This document shows, piece after piece, positions 1 to 9,323 of a stretch of 64,000 nucleotides of DNA. Position 1 is the stretch's first letter. Every line of letters starts with the position of its first letter. The translations under genes were made by a program, and so were the position numbers. Below the pieces are notes generated by a model, which saw only the letters and a program-made list of their open reading frames with translations, was not told the origin of the DNA and searched no databases. This DNA comes from Spirochaetaceae bacterium (GTDB taxonomy: Bacteria > Spirochaetota > Spirochaetia > DSM-2461), in contig JAOPTT010000002.1 of NCBI GenBank assembly GCA_051531975.1, positions 217,968-281,967 of the forward strand, in the 5' to 3' direction.

Positions 1-1948
1 TCCTGAAGTTATTCAGTCATCTATTAAACCAGAAGAGAAATATGGAATACCATTTGATAACATGCCATTCTCTTTTAATTCACCTGATGTAATTGAAAAT
101 ACAACATGGAATTATTTAAGCCAATTTGGTGTAAAAAAAGATGTCTTTGATAAAGCATTAAGAAAAGCGGAAGCTGCCCATTATGTATATAAGCAGAGAG
201 TTGTAGAAGAAGGTCAACGAATTGTTGATGCTGCTCAGAAAGACAACCGACTTGTAATAATGTTATTAGGTAGACCATACCATGTAGATTCACTTGTGAA
301 CCACAAAGCACCTGAGATGATTTCAGCAATTGGTGTAGATGTAATAACAGAGGATTGTATTCCAGTAGATGATAGAACGGATATGAATAAAAGTGTTCAT
401 GTTTTATCCCAGTGGACACTTCCAAATAGACTCTACGATTCAGCAATTTGGGCTGGAGAGAGAGATAACGTAGAAGTTGTTCAGTTAAACTCCTTTGGTT
501 GTGGACCTGATGCAATTGTTGTAGACGAAGTTAAGCCAATTTTAAATGTATTTGGTAAAAACCCTACAGTATTAAGAATTGATGAGATAAGTTCCCCTGG
601 TTCTGTAAAACTTAGAATTAGATCTTTAATAGAATCTATGAAAATGCGTGGTGAGAACTATATTAAAGAACTAAAACCTAGAGTAGTTTTACCAACTTTT
701 GAAAATGAAGATATTAAGGGTCGAACTATTTTAGCACCTCTATTTTCAAACTTTTATACTAGATATTTAACTGCAGCATTTGAATTAGATGGATTTAAAT
801 TTGAAGTTCTACCTGAACCAGATAGAGAGAGCATCGAAACTGGATTAAAGTATACAAATAACGATATTTGTTATCCTGCAACAATTGTTATAGGGGACTT
901 AATTAAAGCATTACAATCTGGTAAATATAAAAGCAGTGAAGTTGCTGTTGGTCTATCAACAACTGGTGGACAGTGTAGAGCATCTAGTTATGCATCACTA
1001 TTAAAAAGAGGTTTAGTTAATGCCGGTTACGACGATGTTCCAGTAGTTGCTGTTTCAACATCTAATAGTAAGCCACTTAATATTCAACCTGGTTTTCAAG
1101 TAAGTCCTGTTAAGTTCCAATATAGTGCATTTTTTGGTTCACTATTTGGAGACTGTCTTGCAAAACTATATTATAGAACTGCAGTAAGAGAGAAAAACAA
1201 AGGTGAAGCGCAAAAGCTTGTAAATAAATATATTGACTTATCATTCCCATTAGTAAAAATTGGTAGACATGGTAAATTATTTAAACTACTAGAAGAGTGT
1301 GTTCATGAGTTTAACCAGATAGAAGTTGATCCAACAGAACTACCTAAAGTTGGTATTGTTGGTGAAATCTACGTTAAGTTTAACGACTTTTCTAATGGTT
1401 ATATAAATAACTGGTTAATGAGTAAAGGAATAGAAGTAGAGGTTACTCCACTTATTACTTTCTTCTTAAAATCTTTTGTGGCAAAACCATTTAACAGTGA
1501 ATATAATATTTTACCTAAGAGTAAGTTATACTTAAAAGCTTTAAAGGCTGCTGAAAACATATGTTACGGCTTCATTAATAGAGCAAATAATATAATATCA
1601 AATTATCACCTAGGTATGGGTCCAATACACAATGTTCAAGATGTTGGAGCTACAGCAGAAAAAGTATTAAGTATTAACCATCAGTATGGTGAGGCTTGGT
1701 TAGTTGCTGGAGAGATTGGTACATATGTTCAGGATGGTATTAATGATGTTGTTTGTCTTCAACCATTTGGTTGTATTGCAAACCATATTGTAGCTAAAGG
1801 TGTTGAGAAAAAACTTAAAGAAGTTCACCCTCACCTTAACTTACTTTTCTTAGATATGGATGCTGGTACTTCGGAAGTAAATACTGCTAATAGATTGGAG
1901 TTCCTTATTAAGGGTGCTAAAGAATCTATGGCTGCTAAACAAGTATAG
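1..1948 (+). CDS. C-terminal part of acyl-CoA dehydratase activase-related / 2-hydroxyacyl-CoA dehydratase family protein (DUF2229-type); 5' truncated by the window
   Basis: Frame open from position 2 (PEVIQSS...). Motifs GRPYH, QLNSFGCGPDA, NNDICYP, GGQCRAS, VGEIYVK, QPFGCIANH. Confidence 0.85.
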   Translation, partial: PEVIQSSIKPEEKYGIPFDNMPFSFNSPDVIENTTWNYLSQFGVKKDVFDKALRKAEAAHYVYKQRVVEEGQRIVDAAQKDNRLVIMLLGRPYHVDSLVNHKAPEMISAIGVDVITEDCIPVDDRTDMNKSVHVLSQWTLPNRLYDSAIWAGERDNVEVVQLNSFGCGPDAIVVDEVKPILNVFGKNPTVLRIDEISSPGSVKLRIRSLIESMKMRGENYIKELKPRVVLPTFENEDIKGRTILAPLFSNFYTRYLTAAFELDGFKFEVLPEPDRESIETGLKYTNNDICYPATIVIGDLIKALQSGKYKSSEVAVGLSTTGGQCRASSYASLLKRGLVNAGYDDVPVVAVSTSNSKPLNIQPGFQVSPVKFQYSAFFGSLFGDCLAKLYYRTAVREKNKGEAQKLVNKYIDLSFPLVKIGRHGKLFKLLEECVHEFNQIEVDPTELPKVGIVGEIYVKFNDFSNGYINNWLMSKGIEVEVTPLITFFLKSFVAKPFNSEYNILPKSKLYLKALKAAENICYGFINRANNIISNYHLGMGPIHNVQDVGATAEKVLSINHQYGEAWLVAGEIGTYVQDGINDVVCLQPFGCIANHIVAKGVEKKLKEVHPHLNLLFLDMDAGTSEVNTANRLEFLIKGAKESMAAKQV

Positions 1949-1966
1949 AGTATATAAATTACTTAC

Positions 1967-1994
1967 AAACCCCCACGAAAGTGTGGGTTTTTTT
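1967..1994 (+). terminator. Intrinsic terminator
   Basis: aaacccccac-gaaa-gtgtgggttt followed by a T tract, just after the stop codon. Confidence 0.75.
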
Positions 1995-2001
1995 ATCTAC
2001 T

Positions 2002-2035
2002 AAAAAAAAGCCACAGGGTTAATTCCTGTGGCTTT
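2002..2035 (-). terminator. Intrinsic terminator of the minus-strand lipoprotein gene
   Basis: A8 then aagccacagg..cctgtggctt inverted repeat. Confidence 0.75.
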
Positions 2036-2066
2036 AAGAGTTCTAGAGAGTTATACTCCCCTTTTT

Positions 2067-2444
2067 CTAGTATTTGACAACTGTACCACTAATCTTAACT
2101 ATTGAAGGTGCATAAATTCCACCTGTAAGACTATTAAGGAACATGTTGACAAGGTTTGCACCATATTCAATTTCAATATTAACTGCTGCATCCCCTCCAT
2201 ACTTTCCTATCTCTCTTTGAATGGCATCATAAACTGGATCAATAGAGTTATTTCTTCCCATATTAAATAATGTAACTCCTCCAGCAGCACCCAAAAACTT
2301 AGTAATAGTAACTCTTGTTTTAAATTCACCTATTACTTCGAATGTAGGCATCTCATCAGTCATTTGTAATCCACCAAACTTTGCTGTAGTACAACCTGTA
2401 AATAGTAATAAACCAACTATTATCAATAATAACTTTTTCATCAT
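2067..2444 (-). CDS. Hypothetical lipoprotein
   Basis: Signal peptide with lipobox LFTGC and an AGGAG RBS. Confidence 0.75.
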   Translation of the reverse strand: MMKKLLLIIVGLLLFTGCTTAKFGGLQMTDEMPTFEVIGEFKTRVTITKFLGAAGGVTLFNMGRNNSIDPVYDAIQREIGKYGGDAAVNIEIEYGANLVNMFLNSLTGGIYAPSIVKISGTVVKY

Positions 2445-2630
2445 GGCTCCTTTTTATATATACTTAATTATAATTGTTTTATAAGTGATTTACAAAGAAT
2501 AAATAAAATAAATTAAGGTTTTATTAATATAGCCCCTCTATTTTATATTTCATGAATACTTATTAACAAATCAGATAATATATACCAATAAATAATTACT
2601 TTTAACATCAATATTGCTTATACTATATAT

Positions 2631-3725
2631 ATGGATAGATTATTAAAACTCTTAGGCTATACAAATGATATAGAAGTAAATACTAAATTTGCTTATATAA
2701 TTAACAGTGTCAGTATTGGAATGGTTACTCTGTTTTTTGTATTCTATATTATGTTTGCCAATTCTATAATATTAAATATTGCTACAACAGTATGTTTAAT
2801 GATCTTTATATATGTCTATGTTTTATTAAAAAAGAAACGTTTATTAACTGCAAAACTGCTATTAATGATTGGGTTTTTCTTTCAGGAGTTTTCTATTGTC
2901 TTTTTATGGTTCCCAAATGAAACAAATTTCAATTATTTCTTCTTTATAATTGCTCCTATAACATTTTTTATTTATAACATAGATATTAAAATCGAAAAGA
3001 TATTTCTTTTTACATTTAATATATTAGCAATAGTTTTACTTTTTCTAAGTGAACTTGTGGTAAATGTTAATCCTCTTATAATAATTGATGAAAGTATAAT
3101 TACTCTTTTTAGTAGCATGTCAGTTTTATCCACAATTTCATCTATTACTATCGTTTATTTCTTTTATGGACGTACTCTTACAACAATACATAAAGAGTTA
3201 AAATTATTAGCAAATACAGATGCTCTTACAAGTATCTTAAATAGAAGAGCACTGTTTAGAGCAGGTGAAGAACTTTTTGAAGCTTGTAAAAAAAGGGATC
3301 TACAATTTACTCTAATATTAATAGATATAGATTTTTTTAAGGATGTAAATGATTCATATGGTCACCCTGTTGGTGATGAGATACTAGTACAATTAACAGA
3401 ACTAATAACCACACATATAAGACGTAATGATATTTTTTCCAGGTATGGAGGAGAAGAGTTTGCAATAATTCTAAAAAATACAGAAGAATCAGATAATGAG
3501 AAAACAGCAACTATGTTAGGGGAATTTGTTAGAGATCATGATTTTATCGTATCGGATGGAACAGTTATTAAATTAACTATAAGCCTTGGTGTTGTCACCT
3601 CTTCTTCTAAATATTCAGATTTTTCTAGTCTTGTAAAACTAGCTGATAAAGCTCTATACGAAGCTAAAGAGCGTGGACGAAACAGAGCAATAAAATACAG
3701 TGACGAATTGTTAGAAAACTGCTAA
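2631..3725 (+). CDS. Membrane-bound diguanylate cyclase (GGDEF)
   Basis: About 6 TM helices, then DALT..NRR, DIDFFK.VND.YGH..GD, RYGGEEF, ADKALY.AK..GRN. Confidence 0.92.
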   Translation: MDRLLKLLGYTNDIEVNTKFAYIINSVSIGMVTLFFVFYIMFANSIILNIATTVCLMIFIYVYVLLKKKRLLTAKLLLMIGFFFQEFSIVFLWFPNETNFNYFFFIIAPITFFIYNIDIKIEKIFLFTFNILAIVLLFLSELVVNVNPLIIIDESIITLFSSMSVLSTISSITIVYFFYGRTLTTIHKELKLLANTDALTSILNRRALFRAGEELFEACKKRDLQFTLILIDIDFFKDVNDSYGHPVGDEILVQLTELITTHIRRNDIFSRYGGEEFAIILKNTEESDNEKTATMLGEFVRDHDFIVSDGTVIKLTISLGVVTSSSKYSDFSSLVKLADKALYEAKERGRNRAIKYSDELLENC

Positions 3726-3746
3726 ATAATATAGGTGATATAGAAC

Positions 3747-3773
3747 AAGTCACAGAGTAATACCCTGTGACTT
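3747..3773. terminator. Hairpin between convergent genes
   Basis: aagtcacag...ctgtgactt inverted repeat. Confidence 0.6.
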
Positions 3774-3784
3774 AGTAATTAATT

Positions 3785-4180
3785 TTATTTAACCTTTAAA
3801 GTTGTACCCCAAAGACCTGCTAATATAATAACTTGTAAAGATAAATCTCTTAGCCAAGGTAATAGATCTGGTTCTAAAAAGTTATTCATGAAATAGTTCA
3901 TAACTATATAAACAATCCATAAAATAAAAATTACTAAAAATACAACTGGTTTTTTAAAGGAAAGTAAAACACCAGCTAATAAAGCTAAACCTGAAACTAA
4001 GAAACAAATAGATATAATTAGTGGTAGATAATTATTACTTCTTCCAAGGAAGTTATTAACGTCCTTAATTAATTGGTTTGTTCCTGAGTTATACCCCATA
4101 AGACCTAATAGACCACTTAGTGTGAAATATAATCCTATTGCAATTTGAATTAAGAAAGAACTTGATAGATTTTTTTTCAT
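3785..4180 (-). CDS. Hypothetical 4-TM membrane protein
   Basis: Four hydrophobic segments and an AGGAG RBS. Confidence 0.75.
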   Translation of the reverse strand: MKKNLSSSFLIQIAIGLYFTLSGLLGLMGYNSGTNQLIKDVNNFLGRSNNYLPLIISICFLVSGLALLAGVLLSFKKPVVFLVIFILWIVYIVMNYFMNNFLEPDLLPWLRDLSLQVIILAGLWGTTLKVK

Positions 4181-4409
4181 TTATAATCTCCTATACTTAA
4201 TCATACATATAAAACGAATTAAATGAAAATAAAAAAGATAAAGATTAAATAAATTATCTTTAGTTTGCTTCTACAGTACTTATAACTAAATATTTGTAAA
4301 TTTTGTAAATATTATACAAGACCAAATTAAGACCTTATAACCCAGTAGGGTTATATACAAGAACTTAATACACCCAAATTATATGTGTATACAGAGCGTA
4401 GGGGTTTTA

Positions 4410-5252
4410 ATGAATTTAAATGAATGTTTAAAAAAGTATTTAGATAAAAAAAGTAGTATTAAATGTTTTAAAGAAGAGATTTTAAATTATGTGTATAAAC
4501 AAGTTAGTAAAGATAAATACATAGAAGCTGGCGACTTTATTTTAGAGTTCATGCCAAAATTAGACTCCATTATAGACAGTTATAATAATACATTATCTGG
4601 CTTTAATCACTTTATAAATAAGCATATAAAGTGGTTAATGTATAGTTTTAGTAAAGAGTATGTAACCAAGAAAGAGAAATACGATGCTTACCAGTCCCAC
4701 TATCTTGCAGAGTGTAAGAGTACTTATTGTTTAGATACACATATTAACACCTGTAGTATTACTGATAAAGCACTAAAAGTATTAGGTATAAAAGATGGTC
4801 TAATAGTGAAAGCTTCTTCTAAAAAACGTCTAGAAATATTCACATTAAAAAACTCTAGAAGTTTAACTTCAGACCAAATAAATATTCTAGCTCCACTTTT
4901 TGACAAGACACCTGAGTGGTTATATAAAACAAAAGAGTTATTAGACGATCTTTGTCAATCTAGAATTGAGAACAGGGAGTACCAAACTCTACGATACAAT
5001 AGACTTTTTATAGAGATAACAAGAGCACAAAAAAAGCTAACAATTATGGATGATGGCATTGAAAAGGATATCCTGTTTGCCAAGATGTTAGAAAAACAAG
5101 AGATTAAAAAAAGATTATACGAAAACATGTCAAAAAGGAACTGTGGTCCAAAAAACGAAGAGATAGCCAAAATCCTAGGTATCCCCAAAGGAACAGTAGA
5201 CTCCTCCCTATTCTACATGAAAAAGGCTTTAAGTGAGTTACTTGATGATTGA
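4410..5252 (+). CDS. Sigma-70/ECF-like protein with C-terminal region-4 HTH
   Basis: C-terminal NEEIAKILGIPKGTVDSSLFYMKK. Start taken at ATG 4410, behind GGGG. Confidence 0.6.
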   Translation: MNLNECLKKYLDKKSSIKCFKEEILNYVYKQVSKDKYIEAGDFILEFMPKLDSIIDSYNNTLSGFNHFINKHIKWLMYSFSKEYVTKKEKYDAYQSHYLAECKSTYCLDTHINTCSITDKALKVLGIKDGLIVKASSKKRLEIFTLKNSRSLTSDQINILAPLFDKTPEWLYKTKELLDDLCQSRIENREYQTLRYNRLFIEITRAQKKLTIMDDGIEKDILFAKMLEKQEIKKRLYENMSKRNCGPKNEEIAKILGIPKGTVDSSLFYMKKALSELLDD

Positions 5253-5309
5253 AAATAAAGGTAAAATAAATAATGATGATGAAGATTAGAATCCACAGGA
5301 GTTTTAATA

Positions 5310-5555
5310 ATGCATATACCAATAATAACAAAAGTAATTCCAAAAAAGAATCTAATTTTAACAGTTGAGTTCTCTAATGGAATAACAAAAGAATATGACT
5401 GCAACAATATCATTATTAGAAATGAAAGCCATAACAGATTACGGGATCAAAATTACTTTAAAACTGTTAAAATAGACAAAGGTGGTCATGGATTGAGTTG
5501 GGATGATAATATTGATTTAAGTGAATACGAAATTCTTAATAACTCTATAAATTAA
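5310..5555 (+). CDS. DUF2442-family protein (antitoxin-like)
   Basis: L.V.F.NG..K.YD, F..V.ID.GG.G.SW.D.IDL pattern; AGGAG RBS. Confidence 0.8.
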   Translation: MHIPIITKVIPKKNLILTVEFSNGITKEYDCNNIIIRNESHNRLRDQNYFKTVKIDKGGHGLSWDDNIDLSEYEILNNSIN

Positions 5556-5632
5556 CGATAAATACTTAGACGAACCAACCCTTCGTGTAAGTAACATAGA
5601 ATCTCCTTAACAGTATATTTAGGAGATTTAAA

Positions 5633-6660
5633 TTGAAGGACCACAAAGATTATCCACGACTTAGATACATGGGTAGTAAATATATATTATTAGACTGGAT
5701 TAAAGAAGAATTAAGCAATATACCCTTTGATACAGTATTAGATGGCTTCTCAGGCTCTGGAGCAGTTTCGTACATGTTTAAAACACTAAACAAACAGGTA
5801 TATTCAAATGACTTCTTAAACCTGTCTTATACGATAGCTAAGGCTACAATTGAAAACTCAAATAAAAAGATAACAAAGAACGATTTAAAAATACTTCTAG
5901 AAGAGAACACACCCTACCCTCAATTCATAGAAGAAACTTTTAAAGATATTTTTTACACAGTTGAAGAATTAAAGTTTTTAGATCAGATATCATTTAATAT
6001 GACAAAACTAAAAGGACAACATAAACAAGCTTTAGCAATGTCTGCCCTACTTAGATCATGTAGTAAAAAACAACCAAGGGGAGTATTTACAATTTCTGGG
6101 AACCTAGACCATTACAACGATGGTCGTAGAGATTTAAGACTTACTATAAAAGAGCACTTTTTAGAGCAAATAGAAATATATAACACAACAGTTTTTGACA
6201 ATGGTAAAAAAACAAATCATTTAATGGAGATATTTATAGCTTCGATGAAAAGCAATATAAACCAGATCTAGTATATCTTGATCCACCCTACGTACCAAAG
6301 TCAGACGATAACTGTTATGTAAAAAGATATCACTTCCTAGAAGGTCTATCTAAATACTGGAAGGATGAAGAGATCAACTACAAAACAAAGACAAATAAAA
6401 TCAACAAGAAATCCACACCTTTCTCATACAGAAAAACAGCCATAGTAGCTTTCGACAACATGTTCAAAAAGTTCCAAGAGAGTAAAATAGTTCTATCCTA
6501 CTCCTCAAATGGATACCCTGATCTAGGAACATTAACAGGACTACTTAAAAAGTATAAACAAGAGGTAGTAGTAAAAAAGAAAGAACATACTTATCACTTT
6601 GGAAACCATAAAACAGCAACACGATCGAAGGTTGATGAGTATTTGATTATAGGGTTATAA
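5633..6660 (+). pseudogene. D12-class (Dam/FokI-like) N6-adenine DNA methyltransferase, frameshifted at A7 (6206-6212)
   Basis: First frame has RYMGSK and DGFSGSG. The catalytic DLVYLDPPY (DPPY at 6280-6291) lies in the alternative frame, which is open to the stop at 6660. Adding one A restores a continuous ORF. Confidence 0.88.
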
Positions 6661-6690
6661 AATTTCAACATCAAATATAAGAGAATATAA

Positions 6691-7923
6691 CTATATTGAA
6701 TGAACTTGATTCAAAAACTCTACAATTGATAATCCAATTTCTTTAGCAAAATTAACAGGAACAGCATTACCAATTTGTTTGTATTGCTGTGAAGCTGAAC
6801 CTTCAAATATCCAGTTATCTGGAAATGTTTGAATCCTAGCATATTCTTTTACTTGAAAAGGTCTTGTAATATCTGGATGGCACCTTTCTGTTTGTTTCTG
6901 AGCTGGAGCACAAGTTAGAGTTAAACATGGTTCATCCCAGCTAATTCTTCTAGCCATACCTGTCTTACCACCGCCTAAATAATAACTTTTAAGCATATAT
7001 TCTTTTTGTATAGATTCTGGTAAATCTCTCCAGTAACCTCCAGGTGGAACCATATCTATAATCTCTTTCTTCCTTGGTGGATATGTCTGTCCAGGAGATT
7101 CTTCAACATCTGTGTCAAAAAGATCTCCCTTTTTAAGGGCATCTTTTAAATTATAGATTTTACTATATGGCTTTGGATAATTAAAATCTACTTTTATATC
7201 TTTTCGAATTGCTACTAATATTAATCTTTCTCTTTTTTGTGGAACTCTATAATGGATAGCTTTTAAAACTCTAGGTTCTAAAACTCTATAACCAAGCTCC
7301 TCTAAAACGTCGATCATACCTTGAAGTGTTTTTCCACCTTCATGGTTTAAAAGACCTCTTACGTTTTCTCCAATACATATTTTAGGTTGGATTTCTTTTA
7401 CAGCTCTTGCAAATTCAAAAAAAAGAGTTCCTCTAGCATCTTTGAATCCAAGTTTTTTGCCTGCAAAACTAAAAGCCTGACAAGGAAAACCACCTGTAAC
7501 AATATCAGCTTTGCCTTTATAATCTGAAAAATCAACTTTTCTAACATCACCTTCTATAACATTCCAATCTGGTCTGTTTTTTCTAAGAGTCTGACATGCC
7601 CACTTATCGACTTCATTAAGAACTGAGTGATGTATTCCAGCTTTTTCTAAACCTAAGGCTAACCCACCACCTCCAGCAAATAATTCCACCGATTTATAAG
7701 TTGATAAAGGTTTTATAGAGCGTTCTACTTTCTCTTCTGGATAATAAAGATTTAAAGTTTCGCAAAGTTCTAGATGTTCTTCGGTATAGTATCTATAATC
7801 ACTAATAGCATGTCTGTTAGCCTTAAGTTTTCCACTATTATCCCAGCGTCTTAAAGTCTCTTTTGATACATCTAGAAATTTTGAAAACTCATCTAAACTA
7901 TATTTCCGACTCTCAACTGACAT
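6691..7923 (-). CDS. C5-cytosine DNA methyltransferase with N-terminal MerR-like HTH (M.Eco47II-like)
   Basis: ELFAGGGG, GGFPCQAFS, ENVRGL, PQKRER, ARIQTFPD, QIGNAVP; N-terminal VSKETLRRWD..GKL...YRYY. Confidence 0.93.
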   Translation of the reverse strand: MSVESRKYSLDEFSKFLDVSKETLRRWDNSGKLKANRHAISDYRYYTEEHLELCETLNLYYPEEKVERSIKPLSTYKSVELFAGGGGLALGLEKAGIHHSVLNEVDKWACQTLRKNRPDWNVIEGDVRKVDFSDYKGKADIVTGGFPCQAFSFAGKKLGFKDARGTLFFEFARAVKEIQPKICIGENVRGLLNHEGGKTLQGMIDVLEELGYRVLEPRVLKAIHYRVPQKRERLILVAIRKDIKVDFNYPKPYSKIYNLKDALKKGDLFDTDVEESPGQTYPPRKKEIIDMVPPGGYWRDLPESIQKEYMLKSYYLGGGKTGMARRISWDEPCLTLTCAPAQKQTERCHPDITRPFQVKEYARIQTFPDNWIFEGSASQQYKQIGNAVPVNFAKEIGLSIVEFLNQVHSI

Positions 7924-7941
7924 TAAATAACCACCTTACAC

Positions 7942-7986
7942 AACCTTATATATGGTTACTTTAATACATGTAAATTCTATTGTCAA
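7942..7986 (-). promoter_or_regulatory. Sigma70 promoter of the C5-MTase with a palindromic operator over the start site
   Basis: Minus strand TTGACA(7986-7981)-17-TAAAGT(7963-7958), adjacent to palindrome AACCtTATATAtGGTT (7942-7957). Confidence 0.6.
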
Positions 7987-8063
7987 TCAATATTAATACT
8001 AAACGTACGTGTAGCATAATATTTTTTAATGTACAGCCTATCTTATGTATGATAAAAATACAT

Positions 8064-8798
8064 ATGAGCTACTTACCATATATAACTGATGACAGATTAC
8101 TAGAACTAGTAAAAGAAGTATTAAATGTTGGAATTGCTAAAAAAGAAACAGCATTAAAAGAGTTTAATAAAAATGTTATTGATCCCTTTGGTGCCTATTT
8201 TGAAGCTGGTGCCTTCAATATTGATTATATAACTTGGGTAGAATCAGAAACAATTAGACAGTGTCAAAAAACTCTACAAAATCATATAGGAGATTTCCAT
8301 CAAAAAATACTTGGATCAGTTGAAGGATTTGATGATTTAGGAGTAGGTGCAAATTCCGGTGTCGACTTGGAATGCAAATCTAAAATGATAGTTGCTGAGA
8401 TTAAAAATAAACATAATACAGTAACTGGCGGTAAGTTAGCGGATCAATATTATTCATTAGAGCGTCAAGTTATGCCTAAAAGTAGTACATATAAAGGTTA
8501 TACTGCATACTTCGTTAATATAATCCCTAAAAAACCTGAACGGTTTAATATTCCATTCACTCCATCGGATAAAGATAAAGGTTCACAATGCCCAGCAAAT
8601 GAATTAATTAGAAGAATTGATGGCGCAAGTTTTTACACATTAGTAACTGGATATGAAAACGCATTAGAACAACTACATAATATTCTACCAACAGTAATTG
8701 AAAAAGTGTTATCTGAAAATTTTAATTTAAGATCAGATCTAACAAATTCTGATGAATTTTCAAAATATTTTAATTTAGCATACAAAAAACAAGAGTAA
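8064..8798 (+). CDS. Eco47II-family type II restriction endonuclease
   Basis: KNVIDPF, RQ.QKTLQN.IG.FHQ.ILG, D...AEIKNKHNTV (PD-(D/E)xK), IRRIDGASFY.LVTG; divergent from the C5-MTase. Confidence 0.82.
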   Translation: MSYLPYITDDRLLELVKEVLNVGIAKKETALKEFNKNVIDPFGAYFEAGAFNIDYITWVESETIRQCQKTLQNHIGDFHQKILGSVEGFDDLGVGANSGVDLECKSKMIVAEIKNKHNTVTGGKLADQYYSLERQVMPKSSTYKGYTAYFVNIIPKKPERFNIPFTPSDKDKGSQCPANELIRRIDGASFYTLVTGYENALEQLHNILPTVIEKVLSENFNLRSDLTNSDEFSKYFNLAYKKQE

Positions 8799-8804
8799 TA
8801 TAAC

Positions 8805-9210
8805 ATTATTTCCCGAAACAACCTTGTAAGACAGGCTGACACTATACTTATAGATACCTACTGAAATGTTGGAGCATATCTATCAGGTAAAGTTAAAAGT
8901 TCTGAATGGGGTAAAGGTGTTGTAAAAGAACTAGTTTTATATATTAAAGAAAAAGATCCTGAAATTAAAGGTTTTAATGCTTCTAATATGTGGCGTATGA
9001 AACAGTTTTATGAAGTTTATAGTAGAAATGAAAAACTTGCCCCACTAGGGTGAGTTTTAAGCTGGACACATCATAGAAATCTTATATCTAAATGTAAAAA
9101 CGTTGATTAACATATCTTCGATGCAATATCTGCATCCAAATTTAACTGGTCAAAAAGAGAACTAATACGTCAGATAAATAGTGGTTCATTTGAAAGAACT
9201 ATATTAGCTG
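8805..9210 (+). pseudogene. DUF1016/YhcG-family N-terminal remnant with three in-frame stops
   Basis: One frame reads SRNNLVRQADTILIDTY*NVGAYLS..EWGKGVVKEL..KGFNASNMWRMKQFYEVY..EKLAPLG*VLSWTHH..NWSKRELIRQINSGSFER. Stops at 8862, 9051 and 9108; no PD-(D/E)xK C-domain. Confidence 0.85.
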
Positions 9211-9251
9211 ACTTTTTCGTGGGAGATTTCATTATTCAATCAATCAAATGT

Positions 9252-9299
9252 AAAAAAATAGAGGACCACCGTTAAACTTAGGAGGTGATGATCCTCTAA
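9252..9299 (-). terminator. Probable terminator of the Fe-S protein gene
   Basis: A7 then tagagga-ccacc...ggtg-atga-tcctcta imperfect hairpin. Confidence 0.5.
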
Positions 9300-9323
9300 T
9301 ATTGCTATTGTATTGTAAGTTTG

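Noticed and set aside
5550..5632. Integron attC site after DUF2442
   Set aside because: There is no proper RYYYAAC...GTTRRRY pair and no integrase or other cassettes.
6203..6215. Programmed -1 ribosomal frameshift in the MTase
   Set aside because: The zero-frame codons (GGT AAA AAA ACA) do not form a properly phased X XXY YYZ heptamer, and no clear downstream stimulator was seen.
6460..6660. Independent 66-aa gene
   Set aside because: It is the C-terminal part of the frameshifted adenine MTase.
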